Assembly (NCBI GenBank): GCA_963828665.1 | Contig: CAWHFL010000011.1 | Span: forward strand, 156,550 to 220,549 | Reading direction: 5' to 3' | Origin: an uncultured beta proteobacterium | GTDB taxonomy: Bacteria > Pseudomonadota > Gammaproteobacteria > Burkholderiales > Casimicrobiaceae | Length of the DNA stretch: 64,000 nucleotides | Shown here: positions 12,784-26,350 of the stretch, piece by piece | How the letters are laid out: each line of letters begins with the position of its first letter | Position numbering within the stretch: the stretch's first letter is position 1 | Notes under the pieces: model-generated | What the model was told of the DNA's origin: nothing | Seen by the model: only the letters and a program-made list of their open reading frames with translations | Database searches by the model: none | Translations under genes and position numbers: made by a program

Positions 12784-14685
12784 ATGAAGTTCCCTGAACA
12801 TTTCGACGTGATCGTCGTCGGTGGCGGCCACGCCGGGACGGAAGCGGCCTTGGCGGCGGCCAAGATGGGTCGGCGCACACTGCTGCTGACGCATAGCATC
12901 GAAACCTTGGGCCAGATGTCGTGTAATCCGTCGATCGGAGGCATCGGCAAGGGTCACCTAGTCAAGGAGGTGGACGCCCTCGGAGGCGCTATGGCGCTGG
13001 CCACCGATCAGGCCGGGATCCAGTTCCGCATCCTCAACGCGAGCAAGGGACCGGCGGTGCGCGCGACCCGCGCTCAGGCCGACCGCGTGCTTTACCGCCA
13101 GGCCATACGGACGCGGCTGGAAAGCCAGCCGAACCTGACTTTGTTCCAGCAGGCGGTGGACGACCTGGTTCTCGAAGGTGATCGGGTCGTTGGAGTCCTT
13201 ACCCAGCTTGGCATTCGCTTCGACGCGACAACCGTGGTGTTGACGACCGGCACCTTCCTGTCCGGAAGGATCCATGTCGGAGTTGAGCATTACGAGGCTG
13301 GCCGCGCCGGGGATCCGCCGGCCACCACGCTCGGCGCGCGCCTGCGCGAGCTCAAGCTGCCCGCCGGCCGCTTGAAGACCGGCACGCCGCCGCGCATCGA
13401 CGGCCGCACGATCGATTACACTCGCCTGGCGCTCCAGCCCGGCGACGACCCGGCGCCGGTTTTTTCTTTCGTCGGCAGCCGCGGCATGCATCCGCGGCAA
13501 TTGCCTTGCTGGATCACGCACACCAACGCGAGCACTCACGACATCATCCGCGGCGGCCTCGACCGCTCGCCGATGTTCACCGGCGTGATCGAAGGAGTAG
13601 GCCCTCGCTATTGCCCCTCGATCGAGGACAAGATCACCCGGTTTGCCGGGCGCGACAGCCACCAGGTATTCCTGGAGCCCGAGGGCCTGACAACGCACGA
13701 GGTCTATCCGAACGGCATTTCGACCAGCCTGCCATTCGACGTGCAGCTGGCACTGGTACGCTCGATGCGGGGCCTCGAGCATGCGCACATCCTGCGGCCC
13801 GGGTACGCGATCGAATACGACTATTTCGATCCGCGCGCGCTGAAGACCACACTCGAAACCAAGGCGATCCCCGGACTGTTTTTCGCCGGCCAGATCAACG
13901 GCACTACCGGCTACGAAGAAGCCGCCGCGCAGGGGCTGCTGGCCGGCATCAATGCAGCACTCCTCGCTGGTGGACGCGACGGCTGGTGCCCGCGCCGCGA
14001 CCAAGCCTATCTCGGCGTGCTGGTTGATGACCTCATTACGCGGGGTGTTACCGAGCCCTACCGGATGTTTACCAGCCGCGCCGAATACCGTCTGCAATTG
14101 CGCGAAGACAATGCGGATCTGCGCTTGACGGAGGCCGGCCGCGAGTTCGGCGTCGTCGACGATGCGCGCTGGGATGCGTTTTGCCGCAAGCGCGACGCCG
14201 TCGCCGCGGAGATCGAGCGTCTCAAGTCGACCTGGGTCAATCCGCGTTTGGTCGATCAAGCCAACGCGATGCGGGTGCTGGGGCAAACACTCGACCGCGA
14301 CCATGCACTGGTCGATTTATTGCGCCGTCCGGGCATCGGATATGCCCACCTGATGACCCTGCCGGGCGCGGGACCGTCGGTCGCCGATGCCGACGTCGCT
14401 GCCCAGGTCGAGGTCGCGACCAAGTACGCCGGCTATATCGAGCGGCAAAACGAGGAGATCTCGCGCCACGCCGGGCAGGAAGGCTTGCGCCTGCCGGAAG
14501 GGGTCGACTACCGCTCGGTGCGAGGGCTTTCGGTCGAGGTTCAGCAAAGGCTCAACCAGCACCGGCCGGAGACCATCGGACAGGCCGCCCGCCTTCCCGG
14601 GATGACTCCGGCGGCGATTTCGCTGCTGCTGGTCCACTTGAAACGCGGGTTCGAAGCGCCGGCCGCGCGCAAGCTGTCGGCATGA
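12784..14685 (+). CDS. mnmG: tRNA uridine 5-carboxymethylaminomethyl modification enzyme MnmG (GidA)
   Basis: 633 aa with FAD motif [15 protein letters not shown] and [26 protein letters not shown]. Confidence 0.97.
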   Translation: MKFPEHFDVIVVGGGHAGTEAALAAAKMGRRTLLLTHSIETLGQMSCNPSIGGIGKGHLVKEVDALGGAMALATDQAGIQFRILNASKGPAVRATRAQADRVLYRQAIRTRLESQPNLTLFQQAVDDLVLEGDRVVGVLTQLGIRFDATTVVLTTGTFLSGRIHVGVEHYEAGRAGDPPATTLGARLRELKLPAGRLKTGTPPRIDGRTIDYTRLALQPGDDPAPVFSFVGSRGMHPRQLPCWITHTNASTHDIIRGGLDRSPMFTGVIEGVGPRYCPSIEDKITRFAGRDSHQVFLEPEGLTTHEVYPNGISTSLPFDVQLALVRSMRGLEHAHILRPGYAIEYDYFDPRALKTTLETKAIPGLFFAGQINGTTGYEEAAAQGLLAGINAALLAGGRDGWCPRRDQAYLGVLVDDLITRGVTEPYRMFTSRAEYRLQLREDNADLRLTEAGREFGVVDDARWDAFCRKRDAVAAEIERLKSTWVNPRLVDQANAMRVLGQTLDRDHALVDLLRRPGIGYAHLMTLPGAGPSVADADVAAQVEVATKYAGYIERQNEEISRHAGQEGLRLPEGVDYRSVRGLSVEVQQRLNQHRPETIGQAARLPGMTPAAISLLLVHLKRGFEAPAARKLSA

Positions 14686-15323
14686 CGCCCGCGGCGCTGC
14701 TGGCCGACGGCGTCGCCGCGCTGGGACTGACCGCGTCGGCCGGCGCTCACGTCCAGGCCAGGCTGCTGGCCTATCTGGCTCTGCTCGACAAATGGAACCG
14801 CACCCATAATCTGACGGCGATTCGCGAGCCGGAACGGATGATCACGCATCATCTGCTGGACTCGCTGGCCGTGCTGCCGCATCTGCCATCGCGGGCCGGC
14901 CTGCGCGTAGTCGACATCGGCAGTGGCGGCGGCCTGCCGGGCATCCCGCTGGCGATCGTTCGCCCCGACTGGCAGTTTGCCTTGCTCGACAGCAATTTCA
15001 AAAAGGCTACGTTTCTCCGCCAGGCCGCGATCGAGTTGCCGTTGCCGAACGTCGAGGTGGTCGCCGCACGGGTCGAGCAATACACACCCTCAACGCCGTT
15101 CGACATCGCGATTTCCCGGGCCTTTTCCGACCTCGCGGCGTTCGCCGGCGCCGGCCGCAGCCTGCTCGCCCTGGACGGACGACTGGTCGCGATGAAAGGC
15201 GTCTATCCGCACGAGGAGTTGACCCACCTGCCGGCGGGGATTGGCGTGACGGCGACTCCTGCACTCAATATCCCCGGCCTCGACGGCGATCGGCATCTGG
15301 TGATCATGGAGCGCGCGGCGTGA
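14682..15323 (+). CDS. rsmG: 16S rRNA m7G527 methyltransferase RsmG (GidB)
   Basis: [14 protein letters not shown]...[14 protein letters not shown] with SAM motif [15 protein letters not shown]. The ATG at 14682 overlaps the mnmG stop. Confidence 0.92.
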   Translation: MTPAALLADGVAALGLTASAGAHVQARLLAYLALLDKWNRTHNLTAIREPERMITHHLLDSLAVLPHLPSRAGLRVVDIGSGGGLPGIPLAIVRPDWQFALLDSNFKKATFLRQAAIELPLPNVEVVAARVEQYTPSTPFDIAISRAFSDLAAFAGAGRSLLALDGRLVAMKGVYPHEELTHLPAGIGVTATPALNIPGLDGDRHLVIMERAA

Positions 15324-16150
15324 CCAAGATCATCGCCGTGGCGAACCAGAAGGGCGGGGTCGGCAAGACGACGACCAGCGTAAATCTTGCAGCCAGCCTG
15401 GTGGCGATGAAGCGCAAGGTTCTGCTGGTCGATCTCGATCCTCAAGGCAACGCCACGATGGGCGCCGGAGTAGATAAGCGTGCACTTACTCACACGGTTT
15501 ACCAGGTCCTGCTTGGAGAGAAAAGGATCGCCGACGTCCGCGTCGCGTCACCTTCCGGAGGATTCGACCTGGTACCGGCCAACCGCGAGCTTGCCGGCGC
15601 CGAGGTCGAGCTGGTCGATCTTCCCGAACGCGAAATGCGGCTCAAGGACGCGCTTGCCGAAGCACTGTCGCAGATGCGCGCCGCCATCTCGGAGGTCGCC
15701 GGCGAGTACGACTTTATCCTGCTCGATTGTCCGCCGTCGTTGTCGCTGCTGACGTTGAACGGCCTGTGTGCCGCCGACAGCGTGTTGATTCCAATGCAAT
15801 GCGAGTACTACGCGCTGGAGGGCCTGTCCGACCTCGTACAGACGATCCGCAAGGTGCGCGCGCATCTGAACCCGCGCCTCGAGATCGAAGGGTTGCTGCG
15901 CACGATGTTCGATCCGCGCAACACGCTGGCGCTCAACGTGTCGGCCGACCTGCAAAAACATTTCGGCGACAAGCTCTACCGCACGGTGATTCCGCGCAAC
16001 ATCCGGCTCGCCGAAGCGCCGAGCTTCGGCGTGCCCGCGCTCAATCTCGACCGGACCTCCAAAGGAGCGCTCGCCTATCTGGCGCTGGCCGGCGAAATGC
16101 TCCGCCGCGATGAAGCCGCCGCGCCGCAACCTGGAGTCGTCAATGGCTAA
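15320..16150 (+). CDS. parA: Chromosome partitioning ATPase ParA (Soj)
   Basis: GTG start overlapping the rsmG stop. Deviant Walker A is present in [24 protein letters not shown]. Confidence 0.95.
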   Translation: MTKIIAVANQKGGVGKTTTSVNLAASLVAMKRKVLLVDLDPQGNATMGAGVDKRALTHTVYQVLLGEKRIADVRVASPSGGFDLVPANRELAGAEVELVDLPEREMRLKDALAEALSQMRAAISEVAGEYDFILLDCPPSLSLLTLNGLCAADSVLIPMQCEYYALEGLSDLVQTIRKVRAHLNPRLEIEGLLRTMFDPRNTLALNVSADLQKHFGDKLYRTVIPRNIRLAEAPSFGVPALNLDRTSKGALAYLALAGEMLRRDEAAAPQPGVVNG

Positions 16151-16997
16151 GCTGAAGGGCCTCGGGCGCGGACTCGATGCGCTGTTGTCCGGATCGACGG
16201 ACGCGCCGGGCCGCGAATCGCTGCAGACGATCGCGCTGGATCGCATCCGCCCGGGCAAATACCAGCCGCGTTCGCGCATGGACGAAGCCTCGCTCAACGA
16301 GCTGGCTCAATCGATCAAGGCGCAGGGTGTCATGCAGCCGATACTTGTGCGACCGGTCGATGCCAACCGCTTCGAAATCATCGCCGGCGAGCGGCGCTGG
16401 CTGGCGGCGCGGCGTGCAGGATTGCCCGACGTGCCCGCCTTGGTGCGCGAAGTCCCCGACCAGGCCGCGCTGGCGCTGGCGCTGATCGAGAACATTCAGC
16501 GCGAGGACTTGAATCCTCTCGAGGAAGCGCACGGCATCAAGCGGTTGATAGACGAATTCGGGCTGACGCACGAGGCCGCTGCGCAGGCGGTGGGACGCTC
16601 GCGCAGCGCGGTGACCAACCTGCTGCGACTCACGCAGCTTGTAAAGCCGGTGCAGGATTATCTGCTCTCGGGCGAGATCGACATGGGGCACGCCCGCGCG
16701 CTGCTGGGATTGCCAGCGGCGCAGCAGGCGGCGGCCGCGGCGAAGGTCGTCGCACTCGGCATGTCGGTGCGCGACACCGAGCGCATGATGCAGGCCGCGC
16801 AGCATCCGGCGCCACGCAAAAAGCGGCGTGCGCGGGGAACCAGCGCCGACCCCGATCTGGCGCGCCTCCAAAACGAATTGTCCGACGCGCTGGGCACGAG
16901 CGTTCGCATCGAAGCGACGCGAGACGGCGCCGGCCGCATCGTCGTCGCCTATTCGAGCCTCGATCAGCTCGACGGGATTCTGGCCAAGCTCCGGTAG
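16143..16997 (+). CDS. parB: Chromosome partitioning protein ParB (Spo0J)
   Basis: [15 protein letters not shown], ParB box [12 protein letters not shown], and an HTH. Start set at ATG 16143, an 8-nt overlap with parA. Confidence 0.95.
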   Translation: MAKLKGLGRGLDALLSGSTDAPGRESLQTIALDRIRPGKYQPRSRMDEASLNELAQSIKAQGVMQPILVRPVDANRFEIIAGERRWLAARRAGLPDVPALVREVPDQAALALALIENIQREDLNPLEEAHGIKRLIDEFGLTHEAAAQAVGRSRSAVTNLLRLTQLVKPVQDYLLSGEIDMGHARALLGLPAAQQAAAAAKVVALGMSVRDTERMMQAAQHPAPRKKRRARGTSADPDLARLQNELSDALGTSVRIEATRDGAGRIVVAYSSLDQLDGILAKLR

Positions 16998-17039
16998 CCT
17001 CGTTGCCGGCGATCCCGGACGCTGTCGTCCCGTATCAAC

Positions 17040-17067
17040 AAAAACGGCGTTCTCAGGCGCCGTTTTT
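17040..17067. terminator. Bidirectional intrinsic terminator between parB and the peroxiredoxin gene
   Basis: AAAAA-CGGCG-(8-nt loop)-CGCCG-TTTTT, with an A-run on one side and a T-run on the other. Lies between two convergent genes. Confidence 0.6.
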
Positions 17068-17083
17068 GCGTAATGCCGGCGCT

Positions 17084-17590
17084 CTAGCCGAATTGCTTCA
17101 ACATCGTCTGGGCATCCGAGACTTCGAACTTGCCCGGCGCCTCGATGTTCAGCGTCTTTACAACGCCGTCATCGACCAGCGCCGAAAAGCGCTGGCAGCG
17201 CACGCCCATGCCGCGCGCCATCAGGTCGAGCTCGAGTCCCAGCGCCTTGGTGTACACGGCGCTGCCGTCGCCCATCATGCGCACCTTGCCCTGGGTTTTC
17301 TGATCCTTCGCCCACGCACCCATGACGAATGCGTCATTGACCGACATGCAGATGATCTCGTCGACGCCTTGGGCCTTGAGCTCGCCGTAGTGCGCGACGT
17401 AACCCGGCACGTGCTTGCCGGAGCAAGTGGGCGTGAATGCGCCGGGCAAGCCGAACAGCACGACCTTCTTGCCCTTGGTCAGCGCATCGATCTGAAACTG
17501 GTTGGGCCCGACCGGACAGCCTTCGGTCGCGACCTCGACGTACTCGCTCAAGGTGCCGGCAGGCAGCCGGTCGCCGACTTTGATCGTCAT
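17084..17590 (-). CDS. Peroxiredoxin (Prx5/AhpC-TSA type)
   Basis: 168 aa, MTIKVGDRLPAGTL...LFGLPGAFTPTCS (peroxidatic Cys motif). Only the 3' third of the 620-aa track ORF is used. Confidence 0.9.
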   Translation of the reverse strand: MTIKVGDRLPAGTLSEYVEVATEGCPVGPNQFQIDALTKGKKVVLFGLPGAFTPTCSGKHVPGYVAHYGELKAQGVDEIICMSVNDAFVMGAWAKDQKTQGKVRMMGDGSAVYTKALGLELDLMARGMGVRCQRFSALVDDGVVKTLNIEAPGKFEVSDAQTMLKQFG

Positions 17591-17785
17591 GATATTTTTC
17601 CTTCCGTGATGGTGTGCGGCGACGGCTATCGCGAACGTGCGCGGCGTCCGGCACACGGCAGCGACAGATCGTAAATTGTACCCGAATTCGTCGCGATGCC
17701 GGAACGCGAGGCGGCACTTGTCTGCGCGTGTGCGAAAGCGTAACTTCGGCAGTCCGACCGAGTCCGCCCGATGAAGGAGAACATC

Positions 17786-18916
17786 ATGGCGCAGGCAGCG
17801 AAGAAGCCTGCGCGTCGCGTGAGCTTGCTGATCGCGACGCGCAAGGGCCTGTGGCAGCTGCACGGCGATGCCGCGCGTCGAAGCTGGCGGATCGCCGGGC
17901 CGCAGTTCCTCGGCCACATCGTGCATCACTGCATCGCCGATCCGCGCGACGGCAAGACGATGCTCGCGGCGGCGCGCACCGGCCATCTGGGTCCGACGAT
18001 TTTCCGCTCCTCCGACCGGGCCCGAAGCTGGCACGAAGCCAAGCAACCGCCGGCCTTCGGCGAGACGAGCGATCGCACCGTCGATCACACGTTCTGGCTG
18101 ACTCCGGGACATGCGAGCGAGCCGGGAGTCTGGTACGCGGGCACTTCGCCGCAGGGCCTGTTCCGCTCTGAAGACGGCGGCGCAACCTGGCGCGGAGTCG
18201 CCGGATTCAACGAGCACCCGCAGCGCAAGGCATGGTGCGGCGGCGACCAGGACGGCACGCCCGATGGACCGAAACTGCACTCGATACTGATCGACCCGCG
18301 GGATGCGCGACACATGTACATCGGCATGTCGGGTGGCGGCGTGTTCGAGTCGATCGACGCCGGCGCCGACTGGCGCCCGCTGAATCGCGGCGTCAAGGCC
18401 GATTTCCTGCCGCAGCCCGATCCCGAGTACGGCCACGACCCGCATTGCGTACGCCTGCACCCGATGTTGCCCGATCGCCTGTACCAGCAGAATCACTGCG
18501 GCATCTATCGCCTCGATCGACCCGCCGAGCGTTGGGAAGATATCGGCGCCACGATGCCGAAAAGCGTCGGTCCGATCGGCTTGCCGATGGTCGTTCACCC
18601 GCGCGAGCCGGACACCGTCTGGGTGTTCCCGATGGATGGGACCAGCGTATGGCCGCGCGTCTCGCCCGGTGGCAAGCCGGCCGTCTATCGCTCGGTCAAC
18701 GGCGGAAAGACGTGGCAGCGCCAGGCAATCGGCCTGCCGAAATCGCAGGCGTGGCTGACGGTCAAGCGGCAAGCGATGACTGCCGACGCAGGCGCGCCGG
18801 TCGGCGTCTATTTCGGCACGACCAGCGGCGAGATCTGGGGCAGCCGAGACGAAGGGCGCACCTGGAAATGCCACGCGGCGCATTTGCCCGAGGTCTATGC
18901 AGTCGAGGCGATGTAG
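17786..18916 (+). CDS. BNR/Asp-box beta-propeller protein (sialidase-like fold, function unknown)
   Basis: Five SxDxGxxW-type Asp boxes: SSDRARSW, SEDGGATW, SIDAGADW, SVNGGKTW and SRDEGRTW. AAGGAG lies 7 nt upstream of ATG 17786. Confidence 0.75.
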   Translation: MAQAAKKPARRVSLLIATRKGLWQLHGDAARRSWRIAGPQFLGHIVHHCIADPRDGKTMLAAARTGHLGPTIFRSSDRARSWHEAKQPPAFGETSDRTVDHTFWLTPGHASEPGVWYAGTSPQGLFRSEDGGATWRGVAGFNEHPQRKAWCGGDQDGTPDGPKLHSILIDPRDARHMYIGMSGGGVFESIDAGADWRPLNRGVKADFLPQPDPEYGHDPHCVRLHPMLPDRLYQQNHCGIYRLDRPAERWEDIGATMPKSVGPIGLPMVVHPREPDTVWVFPMDGTSVWPRVSPGGKPAVYRSVNGGKTWQRQAIGLPKSQAWLTVKRQAMTADAGAPVGVYFGTTSGEIWGSRDEGRTWKCHAAHLPEVYAVEAM

Positions 18917-18968
18917 CGGCCTCGCGGGCACGTCGACGCGCGTCATGACGCCGCTCTAGCTGACGCCG

Positions 18969-19229
18969 ATGCGCGTGCTCATCCCCGGCCCGCTGCGCTC
19001 GTATACCGACGACGCCGCGACAGTTACCGCTGCCGGCGACACGCTCGCCGATGTCGTCGGTGAGCTCGACCGGCGCTACCCGGGCATTCGCTTTCGCATC
19101 GTCGATGAGCACGGGCGCATCCGCCAGCACATCAAGTTTTTTGTCAATGGCACGCAGGCGCGCGACCTCTCGCCGCGTCTGACTGTCGATGACGAAGTGA
19201 TGATCGTCTGCGCGTTGACTGGCGGCTGA
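18969..19229 (+). CDS. MoaD/ThiS-family ubiquitin-like small protein with C-terminal Gly-Gly
   Basis: 86 aa, MRVLIPGPLRSYTDD...DDEVMIVCALTGG-stop. Its size and terminal GG are typical of sulfur-carrier beta-grasp proteins. Confidence 0.7.
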   Translation: MRVLIPGPLRSYTDDAATVTAAGDTLADVVGELDRRYPGIRFRIVDEHGRIRQHIKFFVNGTQARDLSPRLTVDDEVMIVCALTGG

Positions 19230-19272
19230 AGCCGCACCTGAAGCGGCTGGCGCATTTGCGCGGCGCTTTTCG

Positions 19273-19302
19273 TTGACGCGGCGCCGCACAAAACCCTATA
19301 AT
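19273..19302 (+). promoter_or_regulatory. Candidate sigma70 promoter of the atp operon
   Basis: TTGACG (19273-19278), an 18-nt spacer, then a perfect TATAAT (19297-19302). It sits only about 9 nt before the TTG that opens the atpI ORF, so either the promoter call or the atpI start is off. Confidence 0.35.
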
Positions 19303-19310
19303 CCAAAGGT

Positions 19311-19706
19311 TTGCTTCGCTCCGTGGCCACGCCGGATTCGGCACGTTCCCAACCGGGTTTTCCTGTCGGTCGCGTCGCGGCTTGGCAGCTCCTCGCGACG
19401 GTTGCGATCGTCGCGATCGCAGGATGGTGGGCAGGGCTGCACGGCGCTTTGTCGGCGTTGCTAGGCGGACTGGTAAACATCACCGCGGGCGTCGTCTATG
19501 CAGTGGTCGTCGGGCTTAGCAGGGTGCCGACGCCAGGGGATACGGTGCGGACGATGATCCGGGCCGAAGCAGCCAAGATTACGTCGATCGTGCTCCAGCT
19601 CTGGCTGGCGCTGGCGACCTACCGAGACGTTGTTCCCGCGGCCCTGATTGCCGCGTTCGTCGTGACGGTACTGGTTTCGACAGCAGCGATCGTGATGCGC
19701 GACTGA
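19311..19706 (+). CDS. atpI: ATP synthase protein I
   Basis: Small hydrophobic protein (four predicted TM stretches) immediately upstream of atpB. Start uncertain: TTG 19311 or GTG 19323. Confidence 0.75.
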   Translation: MLRSVATPDSARSQPGFPVGRVAAWQLLATVAIVAIAGWWAGLHGALSALLGGLVNITAGVVYAVVVGLSRVPTPGDTVRTMIRAEAAKITSIVLQLWLALATYRDVVPAALIAAFVVTVLVSTAAIVMRD

Positions 19707-19720
19707 TTGCAACCACAGGG

Positions 19721-20581
19721 ATGGGGATGGCCGCAGCAACCGAACAGGTCGGTGAAAAGCTCGCCGAGCAGCACGACGCGTCGACCTACATTCAGCACCA
19801 CCTGACATTTTTCGCCAAGCCGGTCGTGGATACCGACGGCGGCTTCTGGACGATCCATTACGACACGGTCATCACCTCGCTTATCCTGGGCGTCCTCGTC
19901 CTGGGCTTCATCTGGCTGGTCACGCGCAAGGCGACCTCGGGCGTCCCCTCGAAGACGCAAGCTTTCGTCGAACTGACCGTGGGATTCGTCAACGACCAGG
20001 TCAGAAGCATGTTCCACCACGATTACCGAATCGTGGCGCCGATCGCGCTGACCGTCGGTCTGTGGGTCCTGTTCATGAACCTGATGGACCTGCTCCCGGC
20101 CGACATCATGGCGTGGATCTTCAGCAACGTTTTTCATCTGCACGCATGGCGCAGCGTGCCGACCGCCGACGTCAACACCACGTTCGCGCTCTCGCTGTCG
20201 GTCCTCGGGTTGATGATCTTCTACAACATCAAGAACAAGGGTCTGGCCGGGTGGCTGCACGAGCTCTATGCGTCGCCGTTCGGCATCCGACCGTTCTGGG
20301 CGGCGCCGCTGCTGATCGCGTTCAACGTGCTGTTCAACCTGATCGAATACGTTTCCAAGCCGCTGTCGCATTCCCTGCGGCTGTTCGGAAACATGTACGC
20401 CGGCGAAATCATGTTTCTGTTGATCGGCCTGCTGGCGTCGAGCGGTTACGTGGGCATGGTCGGGGGGGCCGTTGCGCAAGTCGCCTGGGTGATCTTCGAT
20501 GGTTTCATAGCGATACTGCAGGCCTACATATTCATGATGCTGACCGTCGCCTATATCGCGATGGCGCACGAGCGGCACTAA
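19721..20581 (+). CDS. atpB: F0F1 ATP synthase subunit a
   Basis: 286 aa with [16 protein letters not shown] and [14 protein letters not shown], the conserved a-subunit C-terminal helices. Confidence 0.96.
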   Translation: MGMAAATEQVGEKLAEQHDASTYIQHHLTFFAKPVVDTDGGFWTIHYDTVITSLILGVLVLGFIWLVTRKATSGVPSKTQAFVELTVGFVNDQVRSMFHHDYRIVAPIALTVGLWVLFMNLMDLLPADIMAWIFSNVFHLHAWRSVPTADVNTTFALSLSVLGLMIFYNIKNKGLAGWLHELYASPFGIRPFWAAPLLIAFNVLFNLIEYVSKPLSHSLRLFGNMYAGEIMFLLIGLLASSGYVGMVGGAVAQVAWVIFDGFIAILQAYIFMMLTVAYIAMAHERH

Positions 20582-20902
<321 letters not shown>

Positions 20903-20934
20903 GCAGGTCCGTTCGCGGGACTGGGGACAGTTAT

Positions 20935-21405
20935 ATGAATATCAACCTGACGCTGCTGATGCAGGCCGTGATCTTCGGCCTCCTGATCTGGGCTTGCGCG
21001 AAGTACATCTGGCCGGCCTTGATGCGCGCGGTCGAGAAGCGCCAGCAGCAGATCGCCGATGGACTAGCCGCAGGCGAGGAAGGCCGGCACAGCCTGGCGA
21101 ATGCCGAGAAGCGCATCGCGGAAATGATGGCGGAGGCGAAGGGGCGCGCGCAGGAAATCGTCGCACAGGGCGAAAAATTGAAGACCGAAACGATCGAGCA
21201 GTCGAAGTCTCTCGCTAAGACCGAGGGCGATCGGCTGCTCGCGGCGGCCAAGGCCGAGATCGAGCAGGAAATCTACCGCGCCAAGGAAACGCTGCGCGGG
21301 CAGGTGGCGCAGCTTGCGGTCGCCGGCGCCGAGCAGATACTCAAGCGCGAAGTCGACGCCAGCGCGCACGCCGATCTCCTGGCGGCGATCGAAAAGCAGC
21401 TTTAG
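20935..21405 (+). CDS. atpF: F0F1 ATP synthase subunit b
   Basis: 156 aa with an N-terminal TM helix followed by a long charged coiled coil. Position within the operon fits. Confidence 0.93.
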   Translation: MNINLTLLMQAVIFGLLIWACAKYIWPALMRAVEKRQQQIADGLAAGEEGRHSLANAEKRIAEMMAEAKGRAQEIVAQGEKLKTETIEQSKSLAKTEGDRLLAAAKAEIEQEIYRAKETLRGQVAQLAVAGAEQILKREVDASAHADLLAAIEKQL

Positions 21406-21416
21406 GCGAAGCGTTC

Positions 21417-21953
21417 ATGGCCGAACCGATCACCGTCGCCCGACCGTACGCCGAAGCGGCGTACGCGCTGGCGCGCGACGGCAACGGGCTGCCTGTGTGG
21501 TCCGAGATGCTGCGAGTGACGACGGCCGTGGGCGCGGATGCCCGGGTGCGCGCCGCGCTCGACAATCCGAAGCTCGCCGCGGCCGAGAAGGAAGCCTTGT
21601 TCCTGTCGATCTGCGGCGACAAGCTCGACCCGAACGGCCGCAACTTCGTCCGCGTCCTGATCGAAGCGGATCGCATCGGTCTGTTGCCGGAGATCCGCAC
21701 GCTGTTCGAGGCACTGAAGGACGAATCCGACGGCGTCGCGCGGGCGCAGATCATCAGCGCCTTCCCGATCGACGACACTCAATTGGCATCGCTGCGCAAG
21801 GGCCTGGAGCGCCGCTTCGCCAGGAAGATCGAGGCGACGGTCAGCGTCGACCGCGCGCTGATCGGCGGCGCGAAAATCATCGTCGGCGACACGGTGATCG
21901 ATGGCTCGGTACAGAGCGAATTGCAGGCCATGGCGAACCAGTTGCAAGTCTAA
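21417..21953 (+). CDS. atpH: F0F1 ATP synthase subunit delta
   Basis: 178 aa, [19 protein letters not shown], an OSCP-like protein. Position within the operon fits. Confidence 0.93.
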   Translation: MAEPITVARPYAEAAYALARDGNGLPVWSEMLRVTTAVGADARVRAALDNPKLAAAEKEALFLSICGDKLDPNGRNFVRVLIEADRIGLLPEIRTLFEALKDESDGVARAQIISAFPIDDTQLASLRKGLERRFARKIEATVSVDRALIGGAKIIVGDTVIDGSVQSELQAMANQLQV

Positions 21954-22012
21954 TTTCGAAACTACGCGACGCCGCCCGCGATGCGGATTGCGGCGAAGCG
22001 CGAGGAAAAAAC

Positions 22013-23554
22013 ATGCAGTTGAATCCATCGGAAATCAGTGAACTGATCAAGAGCAAGATCCAGAACCTGGATACTGGCGCCGAAGTCAGCACGCAGGGGA
22101 CGGTAATTTCGCTGTCCGACGGCATCAGCCGCATCCACGGTCTCAGCAATGCGATGCAGGGCGAGATGCTCGAGTTTCCGGGCAACACGTTCGGCCTGGC
22201 GCTGAACCTCGAGCGCGATTCGGTCGGTGCAGTGATTCTCGGCGACTACGAGCACATTTCCGAGGGTGACACCGTCAAATGCACGGGGCGGATTCTCGAG
22301 GTGCCGATCGGGCCCGAATTGATCGGCCGCGTCGTCGACGCACTCGGGCAGCCGATCGACGGCAAGGGTCCGGTCAACGCCAAACTGACCGACGTCATCG
22401 AGAAGGTCGCGCCCGGCGTCATGTGGCGCAAGAGCGTGTCGCAGCCGGTGCAGACGGGATTGAAGTCGATCGACGCGATGGTGCCGATCGGCCGCGGCCA
22501 GCGTGAATTGATCATCGGCGACCGCCAGACCGGCAAGACGGCCGTGGCGATCGATACGATCATCAACCAGAAGGGCAAGGATCTGATCTGCATCTACGTC
22601 GCGATCGGCCAGAAAGCCTCGTCGATCATGAATGTGGTGAAAAAACTCGAGGAGCATGGCGCACTGGCTTACACGATCGTCGTCGCCGCGTCGGCGTCGG
22701 ATTCGGCGGCGATGCAATACATCGCGCCGTATTCGGGCTGCACGATGGGCGAGTATTTTCGCGATCGCGGCCAGGACGCGCTGATCATCTACGATGACCT
22801 GACCAAGCAGGCTTGGGCATACCGTCAGATCTCGCTGCTGCTGCGCCGGCCCCCGGGCCGCGAGGCTTACCCGGGCGACGTGTTCTATCTGCACTCGCGC
22901 CTGCTGGAGCGGGGCGCGCGCGTCAACGAGGAATACGTCGAGAAATTCACCAAGGGTGCGGTCAAGGGCAAGACGGGGTCGCTGACCGCGCTGCCCGTGA
23001 TCGAGACGCAGGCAGGCGACGTGACCGCGTTCGTCCCGACGAACGTCATCTCGATCACGGACGGCCAGATCTTCCTCGAGACCGATCTTTTCAACGCCGG
23101 CATCCGCCCGGCGATCAACGCCGGCATTTCGGTGTCGCGGGTCGGGGGTGCGGCGCAAACCAAAGTGATCAAGAAGCTGGGCGGTGGCGTGCGGCTCGCG
23201 CTGGCGCAGTACCGCGAGCTGGCGGCATTCGCGCAATTCGCGTCCGACCTGGACGAAGCGACGCGCAAGCAACTCGACCGCGGGCGTCTGGTCACCGAGT
23301 TGATGAAGCAGCCGCAATACTCACCGTTGTCGGTCGCCGAAGAAGCACTGACGCTTTTCGCGGTGACGAAGGGCTACTTCGACGACGTGCCGGTCGAGAA
23401 GGCGCTGGCATTCGAATCGAGCCTGCGCGCGTTCATCAAGAGCAAGTATGCGGCGCTGATCGACAAGCTCGAGTCGACCAAGGAAATGGACGGCGAAGCC
23501 GAAAAGGCATTCGCTGCGGCGATCGAGGACTTCAAGAAGAACGGCAGCTACTAG
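22013..23554 (+). CDS. atpA: F0F1 ATP synthase subunit alpha
   Basis: [18 protein letters not shown] and Walker [14 protein letters not shown] (513 aa). The track ORF was trimmed to the ATG at 22013. Confidence 0.97.
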   Translation: MQLNPSEISELIKSKIQNLDTGAEVSTQGTVISLSDGISRIHGLSNAMQGEMLEFPGNTFGLALNLERDSVGAVILGDYEHISEGDTVKCTGRILEVPIGPELIGRVVDALGQPIDGKGPVNAKLTDVIEKVAPGVMWRKSVSQPVQTGLKSIDAMVPIGRGQRELIIGDRQTGKTAVAIDTIINQKGKDLICIYVAIGQKASSIMNVVKKLEEHGALAYTIVVAASASDSAAMQYIAPYSGCTMGEYFRDRGQDALIIYDDLTKQAWAYRQISLLLRRPPGREAYPGDVFYLHSRLLERGARVNEEYVEKFTKGAVKGKTGSLTALPVIETQAGDVTAFVPTNVISITDGQIFLETDLFNAGIRPAINAGISVSRVGGAAQTKVIKKLGGGVRLALAQYRELAAFAQFASDLDEATRKQLDRGRLVTELMKQPQYSPLSVAEEALTLFAVTKGYFDDVPVEKALAFESSLRAFIKSKYAALIDKLESTKEMDGEAEKAFAAAIEDFKKNGSY

Positions 23555-23565
23555 GAACCAAGGCG

Positions 23566-24435
23566 ATGGCCGGCTCGAAAGAAATACGCAACAAGATCAA
23601 GAGCGTGCAAAACACGCGCAAGATCACGAAGGCGATGGAGATGGTTGCGGCCTCCAAGATGAAAAAGGCGCAGGAGCGCATGCGCGCCTCGCGGCCCTAT
23701 GTCGCGCGCATGCTCGCAATCGCACGCCATCTGGCCCACGCCAACCCCGAGTACCGCCACGCGTTCCTGATCAAGCGCCCCGAGATCCGCAACGTCGGGC
23801 TGATCGTGGTGACGTCCGACAAGGGCCTGTGCGGCGGCCTCAACACCAACGCGTTGCGCCTCGCGCTGGCGGCGATCAAGGGCTGGCAGGCGAAGGGCGT
23901 CGGCGTGCAAGTCACGGCGATCGGGAACAAGGGTCTGGGCTTCATGCACCGGATCAAGGCCAACGTCATCTCGCAGGTCATCAACCTCGGCGATCGCCCA
24001 CAGCTTGACAAGCTGATCGGTCCGGTCAAGGTCCAGCTCGATGCGTACATCGACGGCAAGATCGACGAGCTGCACTTGATCGCGACCCGGTTCGACAACA
24101 CGATGAAGCAGACGCCGGTGCAGAGCCTGATCCTGCCGACCTCGGACCTGGCCGACGAAACCGAAAAGCGCGATTTTCCGTGGGACTACATCTACGAGCC
24201 CGACGCGAAGACCGTGCTCGACGGGCTTCTGACACGCTATATCGAGTCGGTGATCTATCAGGCGGCGAACGAGAACATCGCCTCCGAGCAGAGTGCCCGC
24301 ATGGTCGCGATGAAGGCGGCGTCGGACAATGCGCTGACGATCATCGACGAACTGCAGCTGATCTACAACAAGACACGCCAGGCGGCGATCACCAAGGAAT
24401 TGTCGGAGATCGTCGCCGGCGCGGCCGCGGTTTGA
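23566..24435 (+). CDS. atpG: F0F1 ATP synthase subunit gamma
   Basis: [32 protein letters not shown] ... [15 protein letters not shown] (289 aa). Confidence 0.96.
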   Translation: MAGSKEIRNKIKSVQNTRKITKAMEMVAASKMKKAQERMRASRPYVARMLAIARHLAHANPEYRHAFLIKRPEIRNVGLIVVTSDKGLCGGLNTNALRLALAAIKGWQAKGVGVQVTAIGNKGLGFMHRIKANVISQVINLGDRPQLDKLIGPVKVQLDAYIDGKIDELHLIATRFDNTMKQTPVQSLILPTSDLADETEKRDFPWDYIYEPDAKTVLDGLLTRYIESVIYQAANENIASEQSARMVAMKAASDNALTIIDELQLIYNKTRQAAITKELSEIVAGAAAV

Positions 24436-24464
24436 GCCAAGGCGCGGCGGCCGTTTGAAATTGA

Positions 24465-25865
<1,401 letters not shown>

Positions 25866-25870
25866 ACGCC

Positions 25871-26296
25871 ATGGCCAACACGATCCACGTCGATGTGGTC
25901 AGCGCCGAAGAGTCGATCTATTCCGGCGAAGCGGAGTTCGTCGTGCTGCCGGGCGTGATGGGCGAGCTCGGCGTGTATCCGAAACACACGCCGCTGATCA
26001 CGCAGATCAAGCCGGGCGAGGTGCGGATCAAGGTTCCGGGGCAAGCCGAAGAGCAGATCGTTTTTGTCCAGGGCGGCTATCTCGAGATCCAGCCCGACAT
26101 CGTGACGGTGCTGTCGGACACGGCGATACGTGCCAAGGACCTGGACGAGGCCAAGGCGCTGCAGGCCAAGCAGGCAGCCGAACAGGCGATGCAGAACAAG
26201 GCGTCGAAAGAAGACGTCGCGCGCGCCGAAGCCGAGCTCGCAGGCGCGGTCGCGCAGCTCGCGGCGATCCGCCGGCTGCGCCGAGGCCGCGGCTAG
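25871..26296 (+). CDS. atpC: F0F1 ATP synthase subunit epsilon
   Basis: 141 aa, [28 protein letters not shown]. Confidence 0.94.
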   Translation: MANTIHVDVVSAEESIYSGEAEFVVLPGVMGELGVYPKHTPLITQIKPGEVRIKVPGQAEEQIVFVQGGYLEIQPDIVTVLSDTAIRAKDLDEAKALQAKQAAEQAMQNKASKEDVARAEAELAGAVAQLAAIRRLRRGRG

Positions 26297-26350
26297 CCGG
26301 CGGGCGGCCTGCCACGAGCAGGGGGTGGCCAGTAAGGCGCTCCTGTTCCG

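Noticed and set aside
17591-18946. N-terminal 452 codons of the 620-aa ORF that ends as the peroxiredoxin
   Set aside because: Only the last 168 aa, from ATG 17590, are peroxiredoxin. The upstream part is antisense to the BNR-propeller gene and has no protein-like features.
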